Shown here in pieces: positions 84,849-97,850 of a stretch of DNA of 124,000 nucleotides (positions within the stretch are counted from its first letter, which is position 1; the number at the start of each line of letters is the position of its first letter). The notes under the pieces were generated by a model, which ran no database searches, was not told where the DNA came from, and saw nothing but the letters and a program-made list of their open reading frames with translations. Where the stretch lies: the NCBI GenBank assembly GCA_951406725.2, contig OX597815.1, positions 189,864,001 to 189,988,000 on the forward strand, written 5' to 3'. Made by a program: the position numbers and the translations under genes. Source of the stretch: Octopus vulgaris (Eukaryota).

Positions 84849-86642
84849 CTGCATTTGAGCATAATTATTGTTGCTTTTTTTCAACAAATTTTATTCAACA
84901 AAAACTACAACAATATTTAACAAAAACACCTTTAAATGATTATTCCGGAGTATATTCACCATCTACTTCTATTACTGCTTCTCATTTGCTTTGCAGATGG
85001 TCAGACCATCATTTAAAGATGTTTTCGTTAAATCAAATTTGTTGAAAAAAAGCTGCAATGAATATGTACCAACCCAATATGTTCCTATACCTATTGGATA
85101 GGTTTCCAGTTCAGCATATTACTACTCGTCTCAATATTCGTGACAAATCCCCAATTTGTCCCAGTGTCCAGATGTCTGTTCTCATCATTTTTCTTCAACT
85201 CATTCTCATGTTCTCTCTCTCTGCAAACTGACCCTGTACCATGTATGATGCTTTTCTTTATCAAGTCTCATGTAGGCAATGACAAGTGGCCGAGGCTTTT
85301 GAGGATGTGCTGTGCTTGAGAAGACACATCAAGCAAAGTGAAATTGTAGCTGTGGCCGGTGCCAGTGGAACGTGAAAGGTACCTGTGCCGATGACACGTA
85401 AAAGGCACCCAGTCCACTCTGTAGAGTGGTCGGCATTAGGAAGGGCTTCTAGTTATAGAAACTATGCTAAAGCAGACCTTGCCAATACTGGTGCCACATG
85501 AAAATTACTCAGTCCACACTGTAAAGTGGTTGGCATTAGGAAGGGCACCCAGCTGTAGAAATGAAGGTAAAACAGACAATTGGAGTCTGGTGCAGCTCTG
85601 CAGCCAACCCATTCCGGTCAAACTATGTAACCCATGCTAATTGGAAAATGGAGGCTAAATGATAATCAGGAGGAGGGAGGGGAGGAGGAGGAGGAGAAGG
85701 AGGGTGAGGAGGTGGAGGAAAAGGAGGAGGAGGAGAATGACGATTATGATGATGAGGAGAAGGAAGAGGAGGACGATTATGAGGAGGAAGAGGAGATGGA
85801 GGAGGAGGAAGAAGAGGTGGAGGAGGAGGAAGAAGTGGTGGAGGAGGAGGAAGAAGGGGTGGAGGAGGACGAAGAGGTGGACGATTAGATGATGAGGAGG
85901 AGGAAGAGGTAGAGGGTGGGGATGATGACAATGGTGATGAGAAGGAGGAGAAGGAGGATGACGATTATGATGATGATGATGAGAAGGAAGAGGGAGTGGA
86001 GAATGATGATGATGATAATTCCTCTGTCTTTACACATTCTGTGTTTCTACAAATACAATTCTCTAACTCTTACACACACACACACATGCTAATTCCTTTA
86101 AACGACCTGCTGTTCGCTCAGCTCCCTAGCGTTACATCTTTTTACACTGATTAGTATGGTGACCTATAATGGAGTTCACCTCACATCTCTAGAATGCCTC
86201 TGCTACAGGACATTCGTATTCTTACATCTCATTGAAAAATGGCCACATTCCAACATCTAAGCCATTGTTATTATCAATCCAATACCAAACAGACTCTAAC
86301 ATTTATATCTGGTGATTCATCTGAGCACTCTATTTCATTGGTTGTGTGACCCCTATCTGATCTGGTGCCTATGAGGGAATTCCTATGCAGTTGATCAACC
86401 CAGTAAAAACAGCAGTCAAATCTCTGATAGATTACATTTTATCATGTTAAAAATAAAGGACATATTAGATAATATAGTCTTGGATTACCCTAAAAAATGA
86501 TGGAATAGTCGTGTCTGGAATATATCTCATCATAGGTGCCCTTAATATTAACCTAGAGCTGAACAACAACAACAACAGCAAAAAAAAAAAACAATGAACC
86601 CAGTGCATATCTTCCACAAATGTTAGTATTTCCAATGATACA

Positions 86643-89148
86643 AGGCAGTGAGCTGGCAGAAACATTAGCACACTGGGCGAAATACTTAGTGGTATTTCGT
86701 CTGTCATTACATTCTGAGTTCAAATTCCGCCGAGGTCGAATTTGCCTTTCATCCTTTCAGGGTCGATAAATTAAGTACCAGTTGCATACTGGATCAATCT
86801 AATCAAAATTTCAGGCCTTGTGCCTAGAATAGAAAAGAATATTATACAGAATGTAAGGCGGCAAGCTGGCAGAAACGTTAACACTCCGGGCGAAATGCTT
86901 AGTAGTATTTCATCTGTCTTTACATTCTGCGTTCAAATTCTGCTAAAGTCGACTTTGCTTTTCATTCTTTCTGGGTCGATCGATAAATTAAGTACCAGTT
87001 GCATACTGGATCAATCTAATCAACTGGACCCCTCCCTTAAAATTTCAGGCCTTGTGCCTAGAATAGAAAAGAATATTATACAGAATGTAAGGTGGCAAGC
87101 TGGCAGAAACGTTAACACTCCGGGCGAAATGCTTAGTAGTATTTCATCTGTCTTTACATTCTGCGTTCAAATTCTGCTAAGGTCGACTTTGCTTTTCATT
87201 CTTTCTGGGTCGATAAATTAAGTACCAGTTGCATACTGGATCAATCTAATCAACTGGACCCCTCCCTTAAAATTTCAGGCCTTGTGCCTAGAATAGAAAA
87301 GAATATTATACAGAATGTAAGGCGGCGAGCTGGCAGAAACGTTAACACTCCGGGCGAAATGCTTAGTAGTATTTCATCTGTCTTTACATTCTGCGTTCAA
87401 ATTCTGCTAAGGTCGACTTTGCTTTTCATTCTTTCTGGGTCGATAAATTAAGTACCAGTTGCATACTGGATCAATCTAATCAACTGGCCTCCTCCCTCAA
87501 AATTTCAGGCCTTGTGCCTAGAATAGAAAAGAATATTATACAGAATGTAAGGCGGCAAGCTGGCAGAAACGTTAACACTCCGGGCGAAATGCTTAGTAGT
87601 ATTTCATCTGTCTTTACATTCTGCGTTCAAATTCTGCTAAGGTCGACTTTGCTTTTCATTCTTTCTGGGTCGATAAATTAAGTACCAGTTGCATACTGGA
87701 TCAATCTAATCAACTGGCCTCCTCCCTTAAAATTTCAGGCCTTGTGCCTAGAATAGAAAAGAATATTATACAGAATGTAAGGCGGCAAGCTGGCAGAAAC
87801 GTTAACACTCCGGGCGAAATGCTTAGTAGTATTTCATCTGTCTTTACATTCTGCGTTCAAATTCTGCTAAAGTCGACTTTGCTTTTCATTCTTTCTGGGT
87901 CGATAAATTAAGTACCAGTTGCATACTGGATCAATCTAATCAACTGGCCTCCTCCCTCAAAATTTCAGGCCTTGTGCCTAGAATAGAAAAGAATATTATA
88001 CAGAATGTAAGGCGGCGAGCTGGCAGAAACGTTAACACTCCGGGCGAAATGCTTAGTAGTATTTCATCTGTCTTTACATTCTGCGTTCAAATTCTGCTAA
88101 AGTCGACTTTGCTTTTCATTCTTTCTGGGTCGATAAATTAAGTACCAGTTGCATACTGGATCAATCTAATCAACTGGCCCCTCCCTCAAAATTTCAGGCC
88201 TTGTGCCTAGAATAGAAAAGAATATTATACAGAATGTAAGGTGGCAAGCTGGCAGAAACGTTAACACTCCGGGCGAAATGCTTAGTAGTATTTCATCTGT
88301 CTTTACATTCTGCGTTCAAATTCTGCTAAAGTCGACTTTGCTTTTCATTCTTTCTGGGTCGATAAATTAAGTACCAGTTGCATACTGGATCAATCTAATC
88401 AACTGGACCCCTCCCTCAAAATTTCAGGCCTTGTGCCTAGAATAGAAAAGAATATTATACAGAATGTAAGGTGGCAAGCTGGCAGAAACGTTAACACTCC
88501 GGGCGAAATGCTTAGTAGTATTTCATCTGTCTTTACATTCTGCGTTCAAATTCTGCTAAAGTCGACTTTGCTTTTCATTCTTTCTGGGTCGATAAATTAA
88601 GTACCAGTTGCATACTGGATCAATCTAATCAACTGGACCCCTCCCTCAAAATTTCAGGCCTTGTGCCTAGAATAGAAAAGAATATTATACAGAATGTAAG
88701 GTGGCAAGCTGGCAGAAACGTTAACACTCCGGGCGAAATGCTTAGTAGTATTTCATCTGTCTTTACATTCTGCGTTCAAATTCTGCTAAAGTCGACTTTG
88801 CTTTTCATTCTTTCTGGGTCGATAAATTAAGTACCAGTTGCATACTGGATCAATCTAATCAACTGGCCTCCTCCCTCAAAATTTCAGGCCTTGTGCCTAG
88901 AATAGAAAAGAATATTATACAGAATGTAAGGTGGCAAGCTGGCAGAAACGTTAACACTCCGGGCGAAATGCTTTGTAGTATTTCATCTGTCTTTACATTC
89001 TGCGTTCAAATTCTGCTAAGGTCGACTTTGCTTTTCATTCTTTCTGGGTCGATAAATTAAGTACCAGTTGCATACTATGGTCGATCTAATCAACTGGGGC
89101 CCTCCCCAAAAATTTCGGGCCTTGTGCTTAGAGTAGAAAAGAATATTT
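86643..89148 (+). repeat. Head-to-tail array of 11 SINE B copies, 230-bp unit
   Basis: GAATATTATAC recurs at 87071, 87301, 87531, 87761, 87991, 88220, 88450, 88680, 88910. Confidence 0.95.
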
Positions 89149-89896
89149 CTAATGATACATTAGATATATTTATCCCTGTATGAACAGAGTTAATTGCTTG
89201 ACCTTTCGATGATACAAGGCTCCCATCAACAACAGGTTCTACCTATTGATTTGTATCAGAGGGGGCAACCAATTACATCAACACCAGCGCTAAAGTGGTA
89301 TTTATAGTATTGATCCTGAGACAATGAAAGACAAATTTAACCTCAGAAAGGTTTAACCCTTTAGTGTTTGCATTATTCTGCCAAAATTAATGCTTTTTTA
89401 TCCACATTGTTTTGAACTAATCATGCATTATCTTGTAGCTCTGAGATTTCAATGAGGTAGCTGTTAATTTTTAAAACGATATTGTAGGGTTGGTGTGAGA
89501 GACCAGATCTCGCCAGTTTGAACATAAAACAAGCAGAATACTTTTGGCCGGACATGGCCGGTTTAAATGCTAAAGGGTTAAACTCAGAACATAAAGAGCC
89601 CTAACTACATACAGCAATGTATTTTGCCCAGAGCTCTGATGATTCTATCAATCACCCAGCTTATGTATATTTGTAATATACAATCTTTTTTGATGATTGA
89701 TTATCTCATGAGAAAAGGGAAGAAATACTTCATCATAAATTTATATTCTCAATGAAGCAACACTAAACTTAAACATTATCTTCACAAAATTTGGGATGTT
89801 TTAAACCAAGTTGTCATAATATGGTCCTTTAACCTCATATGCAGCCTTATTGTATAGGCTTCCTGCCAATTTATTCTGTTTTATTAAGAAGTCAGG

Positions 89897-90305
89897 AGGC
89901 GCAGGAGTGGCTGTGTGGTAAGTAGCTTGTTTACCAACCACATGGTTCCGGGTTCAGTCCCACTGCGTGGTACCTTGGGCAAGTGTCTTCTACTATAGCC
90001 TCGGGCCGACCAAAGCCTTGTGAGTGGATTTGGTAGACGGAAACTGAAAGAAGCCCATCGTATATATGTATATATATGCGTGTGTGTGTTTGTGTGTCTG
90101 TGTTTGTCCCCCTAGCATTGCTTGACAACCGATGCTGGTGTGTTTATGTCACCGTTACTTAGCGGTTCGGCAAAAGAGACCGATAGAATAAGTACTGGGC
90201 TTACAAAAGAATAAGTCCCAGGGTCGAGTTGCTCGATTAAAGGCGGTGCTCCAGCATGGCCGCAGTCAAATGACTGAAACAAGTAAAAGAGTAAAAGAGT
90301 AGAGT
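89897..90305 (+). mobile_element. SINE family A (young, near-identical to 66917-67320)
   Basis: Shared diagnostic variants. Confidence 0.9.
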
Positions 90306-91219
90306 AAGTCAGGATTGATATAAATATGAAGAAAACAGAATGTAGGTGCTATTAAACTAAGTAAAACACTGAATTTCATGTTCAGTCCCTATACAAGGTT
90401 TTCAGCTCAGTCCTACCACAGGGCACCTGGAACAAGTGCTCTCTATTATAGCCCCAGGTCAACTAAAGCCTTGTGAGTGGATTTGCTGGACAGAAACTGA
90501 AAGAAACGTTGGAAACTTGAGAATAAAAGAAGCTATTTTAATTAACAAGCACACACATGAATTAATAACAGATTTGAACTGCACCCAACTGATTTTATAC
90601 TAGCGTAATGCAAATCAAACCTTTATGCATTTGCACTACAAAGCAAGGAAATCAGCTACCAATATTTTCTTCATCAGAAACAGGAGACAGAGGAAAGTCC
90701 AAGAGAAATGGAAGACAGGGGAAAAGCTCACTAACGATCCACATGTAGTTACATTTTGAAGCAAATATATATATATATATATGTAAGTTCACTTAGAAGT
90801 TTGATGAGCCTCATTAAGGTATAGTAATATCGAATGAATTACTGGTTCGTTACCTAATATTTGTTGTGAATATTAATTATAATACTCATGAATAATAGGT
90901 AATTAGATAAACCAAGGTTTATATTTATTCAAGAAAAATAAGAAATTGGAGATAAATCAATTAATAAGTATATTCATTAACTGCAAAAATAAACATAATC
91001 TCTAATGGCGATGATGATGATGTTTATTTTTGCAGTTAATGAATATACTTATTGATTGATTTATCGCTCATTTCTTATTTTATATATATGCACACACACA
91101 CATATATATTTAATTAAAGACTATGTTAACCTCAGAAGAGATGGTTGCTTCCAAGGAAATACTGGTTCAATATCTAGTCCTTTTGGTGAATGAAATTCTC
91201 TTAAAGCAATAGGTATATA

Positions 91220-92513
91220 TCAGGTCATACCATAAGTTCTGTCCGATTTTACCTTTTTTAAAATCGAATGGAATTTTATAGTATTTTTTAATGTCTAATG
91301 GAATTAAAAGTTATTTTTAGGCATTTATGTACATTTAAACTCATTAAGTATTATTTTACAAAATAATAGAATTAAAATTTCTTTGATTAAAACCTTTTCT
91401 AACATGGAAGTATCCAAAGAGCATTTAAGGCACATAATGCTTTATGAGTACAAAAAAGGAAACTCTGAAGCCGAAGCAACTTGAAACACAAACTCAGTTT
91501 AAGGGGAAGAATGCTTGAATGAAAGAACTTGCAGTAGATGGTTTGCAAAATTCAGAAGTGGAGATTTCAGCCTTGAAGATGAAGATCAAACTGGATGTCA
91601 AGTTGAGTTTGATGATAAGCTCCTTGAGGCACTAGTTAAAGAAAATCCTGTATTATCAGTTGAAAAACTAGCAATAAAGCTTAGTTCAAACCATACAACT
91701 GTTCATCATCATCTTCAACAACTTGGAAAGGTTCTTAAACTTGGAAAATGGGTGCCTCATGAATTGTCCGAAAGCAACCACAAATCCCGAGTTGACATCT
91801 GCTCTTCTCTCCATTCTCGTGAACTCATTTCACCCTTTTTGGATAGACTTGTGACTGGTGATGAAAAATGGATCTTCTATTGAAATGTTAACTGTCATAA
91901 ACAGTGGCTTGGTAAAATGGAAACAGCTCAATCACAACCGAGAAGGGAACTTCATGGGAAAAAGGTTCTTCTCTCTATCTGCTGGAATTGCAAAGGAGTA
92001 ATTCACTTTGAATTGTTACCACCTAATGCAACAATCACTGCTCAAGTCTCCTGTCAGCAATTAGAGTGTTTAAACCAAGCTTTGAAGACAAAAAGACCCG
92101 CTTTAGTGAATTGAAAAGGAGTGATGTTTCATCAGGACAATGCATGACCCCACACTGCAAAGATCACATCACAGAAGATCGAAGAGCTTGGTTGGGAAAA
92201 AATTCCTCATCCACCTTATTCTCCCGACCTTGCTCCTTCAGACTATCATTTGTTTTGTAGTTTACAGAATCATTTGGGGTGGGGGGACATAATTTTCACA
92301 AGTCAGTAGGAGGTCGAAACTGACATTTCTGAGTTCTTCACTTTGAAACCAAAAGAGTTTTAAATTGATGGGATTAAAAAGCTTGTAAATAGATGGAAGG
92401 AATTCATAGATAATCAGGGAAAGTACATTGATGATTAAATTTCAATTAAATATAACATTTGATCACTTGTTTTCTTTATTCAAATTTCGGACAGAACTTA
92501 TGGGATGACCTGA
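91220..92513 (+). mobile_element. Full-length (1294 bp) mariner, inactive
   Basis: TA|TCAGGTCATACCATAAGTTCTGTCCGA..TCGGACAGAACTTATGGGATGACCTGA|TA. Confidence 0.95.
91404..92440 (+). pseudogene. Mariner D,D34D transposase with several stops
   Basis: MEVSKEHLRHIMLYEYKKG..WVPHEL..TGDEKW..HQDNA..HPPYSPDLAPSDYHLF. Confidence 0.95.
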
Positions 92514-93086
92514 TATTAAGCATATAGTTTATATCCGTTTAATAGTAGAAAAGAAAATGGAGATAAGGAAGTTAATAATTGTTTATTATTAACAACTAAT
92601 CGCTCATTTTCCCTTCTTACAGACATTTCAATTAATACTCAGTAATTTAATTACAAATTTCTACATTAAATTTGCATTTATGTGAAGTGAAGCCCACATA
92701 TAACATCCAAATGTACATCTTTTACCCTTAATGAATTTGTAATTAAATTATTGAGTATTAATTGAAACAGCTGTAAGAAGCCAATTTGTTGTTAATAATA
92801 ATCAATTAACTCCCTAACCTCCATTTTCTTTTCTTCTTTTAAATGGATATAAACTATGTATATATTTCTTTATTGCCGACAGGGGGCTAGACATAGAGGG
92901 GACAAACAAGGACAGTGCAAAAGTATTAAGTCGATTACATCGACCCCAGTGCGTAACTGGTACTTATTTAATCAACCCCGAGAAGATGAAAGGCAAAGCC
93001 GATCTCAGGAGAAATTTGAACTCAGAACATAACAGCAGTAGAAATAATACTAAGCATTTCGCCCGGCATGCTAACGTTTCTGCCAG

Positions 93087-93128
<42 letters not shown>

Positions 93129-93134
93129 TGTGCA

Positions 93135-93199
<65 letters not shown>

Positions 93200-93894
93200 A
93201 CATATATATACACGCACACATATGTTTTACTCTTTCACTCTTTTACTTGTCTCAGTCATTTGACTGTGGCCATGCTGGAGCAGTGCCTTTAGTTGAGCAA
93301 ATCAGCCCCAGGACTTATTCTTTGTAAGAGACTGGTAGAATAAGTACTAACTTATTCTACCGGTCTCTTTTGCCGAATCACTAAGTTATGGGGATGTAAA
93401 CACACCAGCATCAGTTGTCAAGCGATGTTAGCGGGGGCAAACACAGACACACACACACATACACACACACACATATATATATATACATATATATGATGGG
93501 CTTCTTTCAGTTTCTGTCTACCAAATCCACTCTCAAGGCTTTTGTTGGCCCAAGGCTATAGTAGAAGTCACTTGCCCAAGGTGCCACGCAGTGGGACTGA
93601 ACCCGGAACTATGTGGTTGGTAAGCAAGCTGCTTACCACACAGCCACTCCTGGTAAATATGCATGTTTTGGTGAGTATGCATATGTATATGTTTGTGTCT
93701 CCTAGTCTTGACATCACATGATTGCTGTAAATTGATATCATTTAATTTCAATATTCTGCAAAAACATGTCTGGCCATGGAAAAATATTATTTGGCTCAGC
93801 AACAGGAAAGGCACCTGTCTCACTGAAACCCCTTCCAACCCATGCAAGCATAGAGAAGGGGACATTAAAATAATGATGGTGATGGTGATGATGG

Positions 93895-93931
<37 letters not shown>

Positions 93932-96067
93932 GAGAGCAATGATGATGATGAAGACGACAACAATAATGATGATGACGATGATGATGACGACGACAATGAT
94001 GATGATAAGTCTAAAATTTCCTTTTAATTTCATACTATACATACTCTTTTACTCTTTTACTCTTTTACTGGTTTCAGTCATTTGACTGTGGCCATGCTGG
94101 AACACCGCCTTTAGTTGAGCAAATCGACCCCGGGACTTATTCTTTGTAAGCCCAGTACTTATTCTATCGGTCTCTTTTGCCGAACTGCTAAGTGACATGG
94201 ACGTAAACACTCCAGCATCGGTTGTCAAGCAATGCTAGGGGGACAAACACAGACACACAAACATATACACACACATACATATATATACATATACATATAT
94301 ACGACAGGCTTCTTTCAGTTTCCGTCTACCAAATCCACTCACAAGGCATTGGTTGGCCCAAGGCTATAGCAGAAGACACTTGCCCAAAATGCCACGCAGT
94401 GGGACTGAACCCGGAACCATGTGGCTGGTAAGCAAGCTACTTACCACACAGCCACTCCTGCACCAATATACTTATATTGTTTTTGCTAAAATTCTTCTCT
94501 TTGACCCTTTTTTTTGGCAACTTTGCTTGATACCATTTCCAAGTATGAAACCAGTAAGGTTTGGACTTTTAAGAGAAGAATCAGACCAAGAACTAAATAA
94601 TATCAACATTTCTAAAAATTCTTCCCTGTCTTCTAAAGTCAGGTTCTCTTGTTAATTTTGAGCTTCGGCTTTGCAACTCATTAACAGGGAACTTAAAATA
94701 TGTCTGAACCAATGATTTAAATATATATATAAAAACATACTTAAATATACATAAAATATACTTGATTAAAATATACTTCCATGTACTTTAACTTCACTTA
94801 ATTAAATTATACTTAAATATATTTAAAATATATATAATTAAAATATTCTCAAATATACTTAAATTATTCTTAATTAAAATATACTTAAATAAGCTTAAAA
94901 CATAATTAGTGTTTAAGTATGTCTTGTACAGTATTTATGTACTCTTCACTTTCACTTTATGCAAATGAGTTATATCTGGTACAATTTTGTTTAAATTTTA
95001 ATATATAGACTTTTGCTACATTTTTCTGGCATTTCGGAGGAAATTAGAAAGCAAATTTTAATGATAAACAAAACATAGTCAGTTCAATCCACATTTCCAG
95101 TTTAGTGAAATTTAGGTCCTTCATAGGCCTAATTTCACTAAATACATACACATACAACAAGTACATTCATAATACAATTCTATATTTAAGAGATGAGGAA
95201 TTATGTTCATTATTTACATTATTTACATTATTACGTTTATATATTTGTTGTGCTAAACTGGCAAAAAGACCATTCCGAAATACAACAATTATTTACATTA
95301 TTTACATTTGATGGATATTTGTCCTCATCTTGTTTGTTGTTAACACAATGTTCCGGCTGATATACCCTCCAGCCTTCATCAGGTGTCTTGGGGAAATTTC
95401 GAACCTGGGTTCTCATTCCTAAGGTATTTTTCGATGTTATTATTATTATAAAAAGCACTCACTACACTCTCGGAGTGGTGCAGCCTTTCGGCTCAACAGC
95501 CCTCAGTCAACCCATCCAACCCATGCCAGCATGGAAGACGGATGTTAAACGATGATGATGATGATGATGATGATGAGGTTGATGATATACAAATGAAATA
95601 TGCCTTGTACAATTTGCAAATACTTTAATCAGCATCCCTCAGCTAAGTCATTGTGTATACTCTTTACTCTTTACTCTTTACTCTTTTACTTGTTTCAGTC
95701 ATTTGACTGCGGCCATGCTGGAGCACCGCCTTTAGTCAAGCAAATCAACCCCGAGACTTATTCTTTGTAAGCCCAGTACTTATTCTATCGGTCTCTTTTG
95801 CCGAACCGCTAAGTGATGGGGGATGTAAACACACCACAACATCGGTTGTCAAGCAATGCTAGGGGGACAAACACACACAAACACACACACATACAAATAT
95901 ATACATATATATATACATAAATTTAAAAAATTGAGGGAGATAAATTAATATTAATTTTAATATCAATTTAAAACCAGTAGTCCAGCATTCAAAAAATCTG
96001 AGGAGTCAGAGAAAATTCAAATATATGTGTATATTGGCAGGGCTGGCCTGCTAGGTAGCCGGCCAGA

Positions 96068-96174
96068 ATGCTAGAAAAAGATCATCAACGATCAAACTAC
96101 AAGGGAAATTCTCTAGAGAATTTCTTTAGAGAATTTCCCTTGTAGTTTGATCGTTGATGATCTTTTTCTAGCAT
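96068..96174. repeat. Perfect 48-bp-stem hairpin inside a SINE A insertion
   Basis: Direct reverse-complement match. Confidence 0.95.
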
Positions 96175-97816
96175 ATATATACATATATACGACAGGCTTC
96201 TTTCAGTTTCCGTCTACCAATTCCACTCACAAGGCATTGGTCGGCCCGGGGCTATAGCAGAAGACACTTGCCCAAGATGCCACACAGTGGGACTGAACCC
96301 GGAACCATGTGGTTGGTTAGCAAGCTACTTACCACACAGCCACTCCTGCACCTATATTTATATCTATATTTATTCATAACCAGTTCTGTAGTTGTGCCCA
96401 AGTAATATACTGTTGCACATGCATTTTTTTTCCAAGATATTAGAAATAACATTGAAAATCAATCAGTGTATTAGCATATTACTAGAATACTCTTATAGTA
96501 TTGGTCTCTTTCTTTTACTCTTTTACTTGTTTCAATCAGATTCTTAATACATAAATGTTTTTAATTGCAATGCAATTAACTTCTTTATTGTATTAAGCGG
96601 GTGAAGGTAAAGAAATATTTTTACCGTTAATTTATAATACAAATAAGAAAATGGAGAAACAAATTTAGTTTGTTCATCAACTTTCGGATATTAGAATGTT
96701 GAATTATTTATTCATTTAACAAAATGAGAACCGCGAACCTCCGACTGTGAGTCCACTGCCCTAACTACTGGGCCATAGCACCTCCAAAAGTGAATTAGGT
96801 ATAACTTATTTGCATAATAATATATTTAAACTTGTACTATATGACAGTAAGGAGTACATAAAGAAATAATGTAGAATAGAAATGGTTGTTAAGTATGATG
96901 GATGGCAAGAATAACAAGACTGTGGTTTAAACAAATCTAATTGAAATATCAACCACATAGACTACAGAAATAATAACCTGCCAACAATCATATTGGAAAT
97001 GAGCAAGTTTTAACAACCAGTTAAGTGCAGGAGATAAAATCATAAAAATGGGGTTGAATAGAAGTAATTATTGCTAATCAAATGTTCCTATTTATGATTA
97101 ATAAGATCAATATCGACCAAAGTCCTTGAATGGGAATCAGTACAAAAGCTGCCTTTTAGAATTTGACTTGAAAATTTCGAAAATACTTTTTCATGCTCTT
97201 TTGCTTCTTATTATTATTAGAGTTTAGTGATTATAGCGTCATTTCATGGACATTTCTTCAAAGACTGGTTGACCACTTGGGAAAAGCCAAATGAATAAAG
97301 GAGTCTCTACATAATCACTACAGAAATAACAGCCAAAGCTTCTTTAAATCACATCTCGTTACACTTAAAAGAGAAGGATATATTGAATAACATAGTCCTA
97401 GCTACAACTGTCATGATGAAACTAACTCTGATTAACCTAGGGCTAAATAAGTAAATGCTATATAATTCTGCATTTAAACCTACCATGTCAGACACAAATA
97501 TTTTACCAGGTTTATTTTCAAACTGACCAGATTAAGCATCTCACACCTACTCTATAATGTCATAGAAAAACTAAGCAATCACATCATTGAAATCTTGAAC
97601 ATGCAAGATACTCTTTTACTTTGTTCAGTCATTTGACTGCAGCCATGCTGGAGCACCGCCTTTAGTCGAGCAAATCGACCCCAGGACTTATTCTTTGTAA
97701 GCCTAGTACTTATTCTATCAGTCTTTTGTCGAACCGCTAACTTATGGGGACGTAAACACACCAGTATCGGTTGTCAAGCGATGTTTGGGGGGGGGGGGGG
97801 ACAAACACACATTTAT

Positions 97817-97850
<34 letters not shown>

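Noticed and set aside
86643-89148. CRISPR-like or retrozyme array
   Set aside because: Units are identical with no unique spacers, eukaryotic context, and no hammerhead core in the unit
94700-94900. AAATATACTTAA degenerate repeat
   Set aside because: Ordinary AT-rich minisatellite
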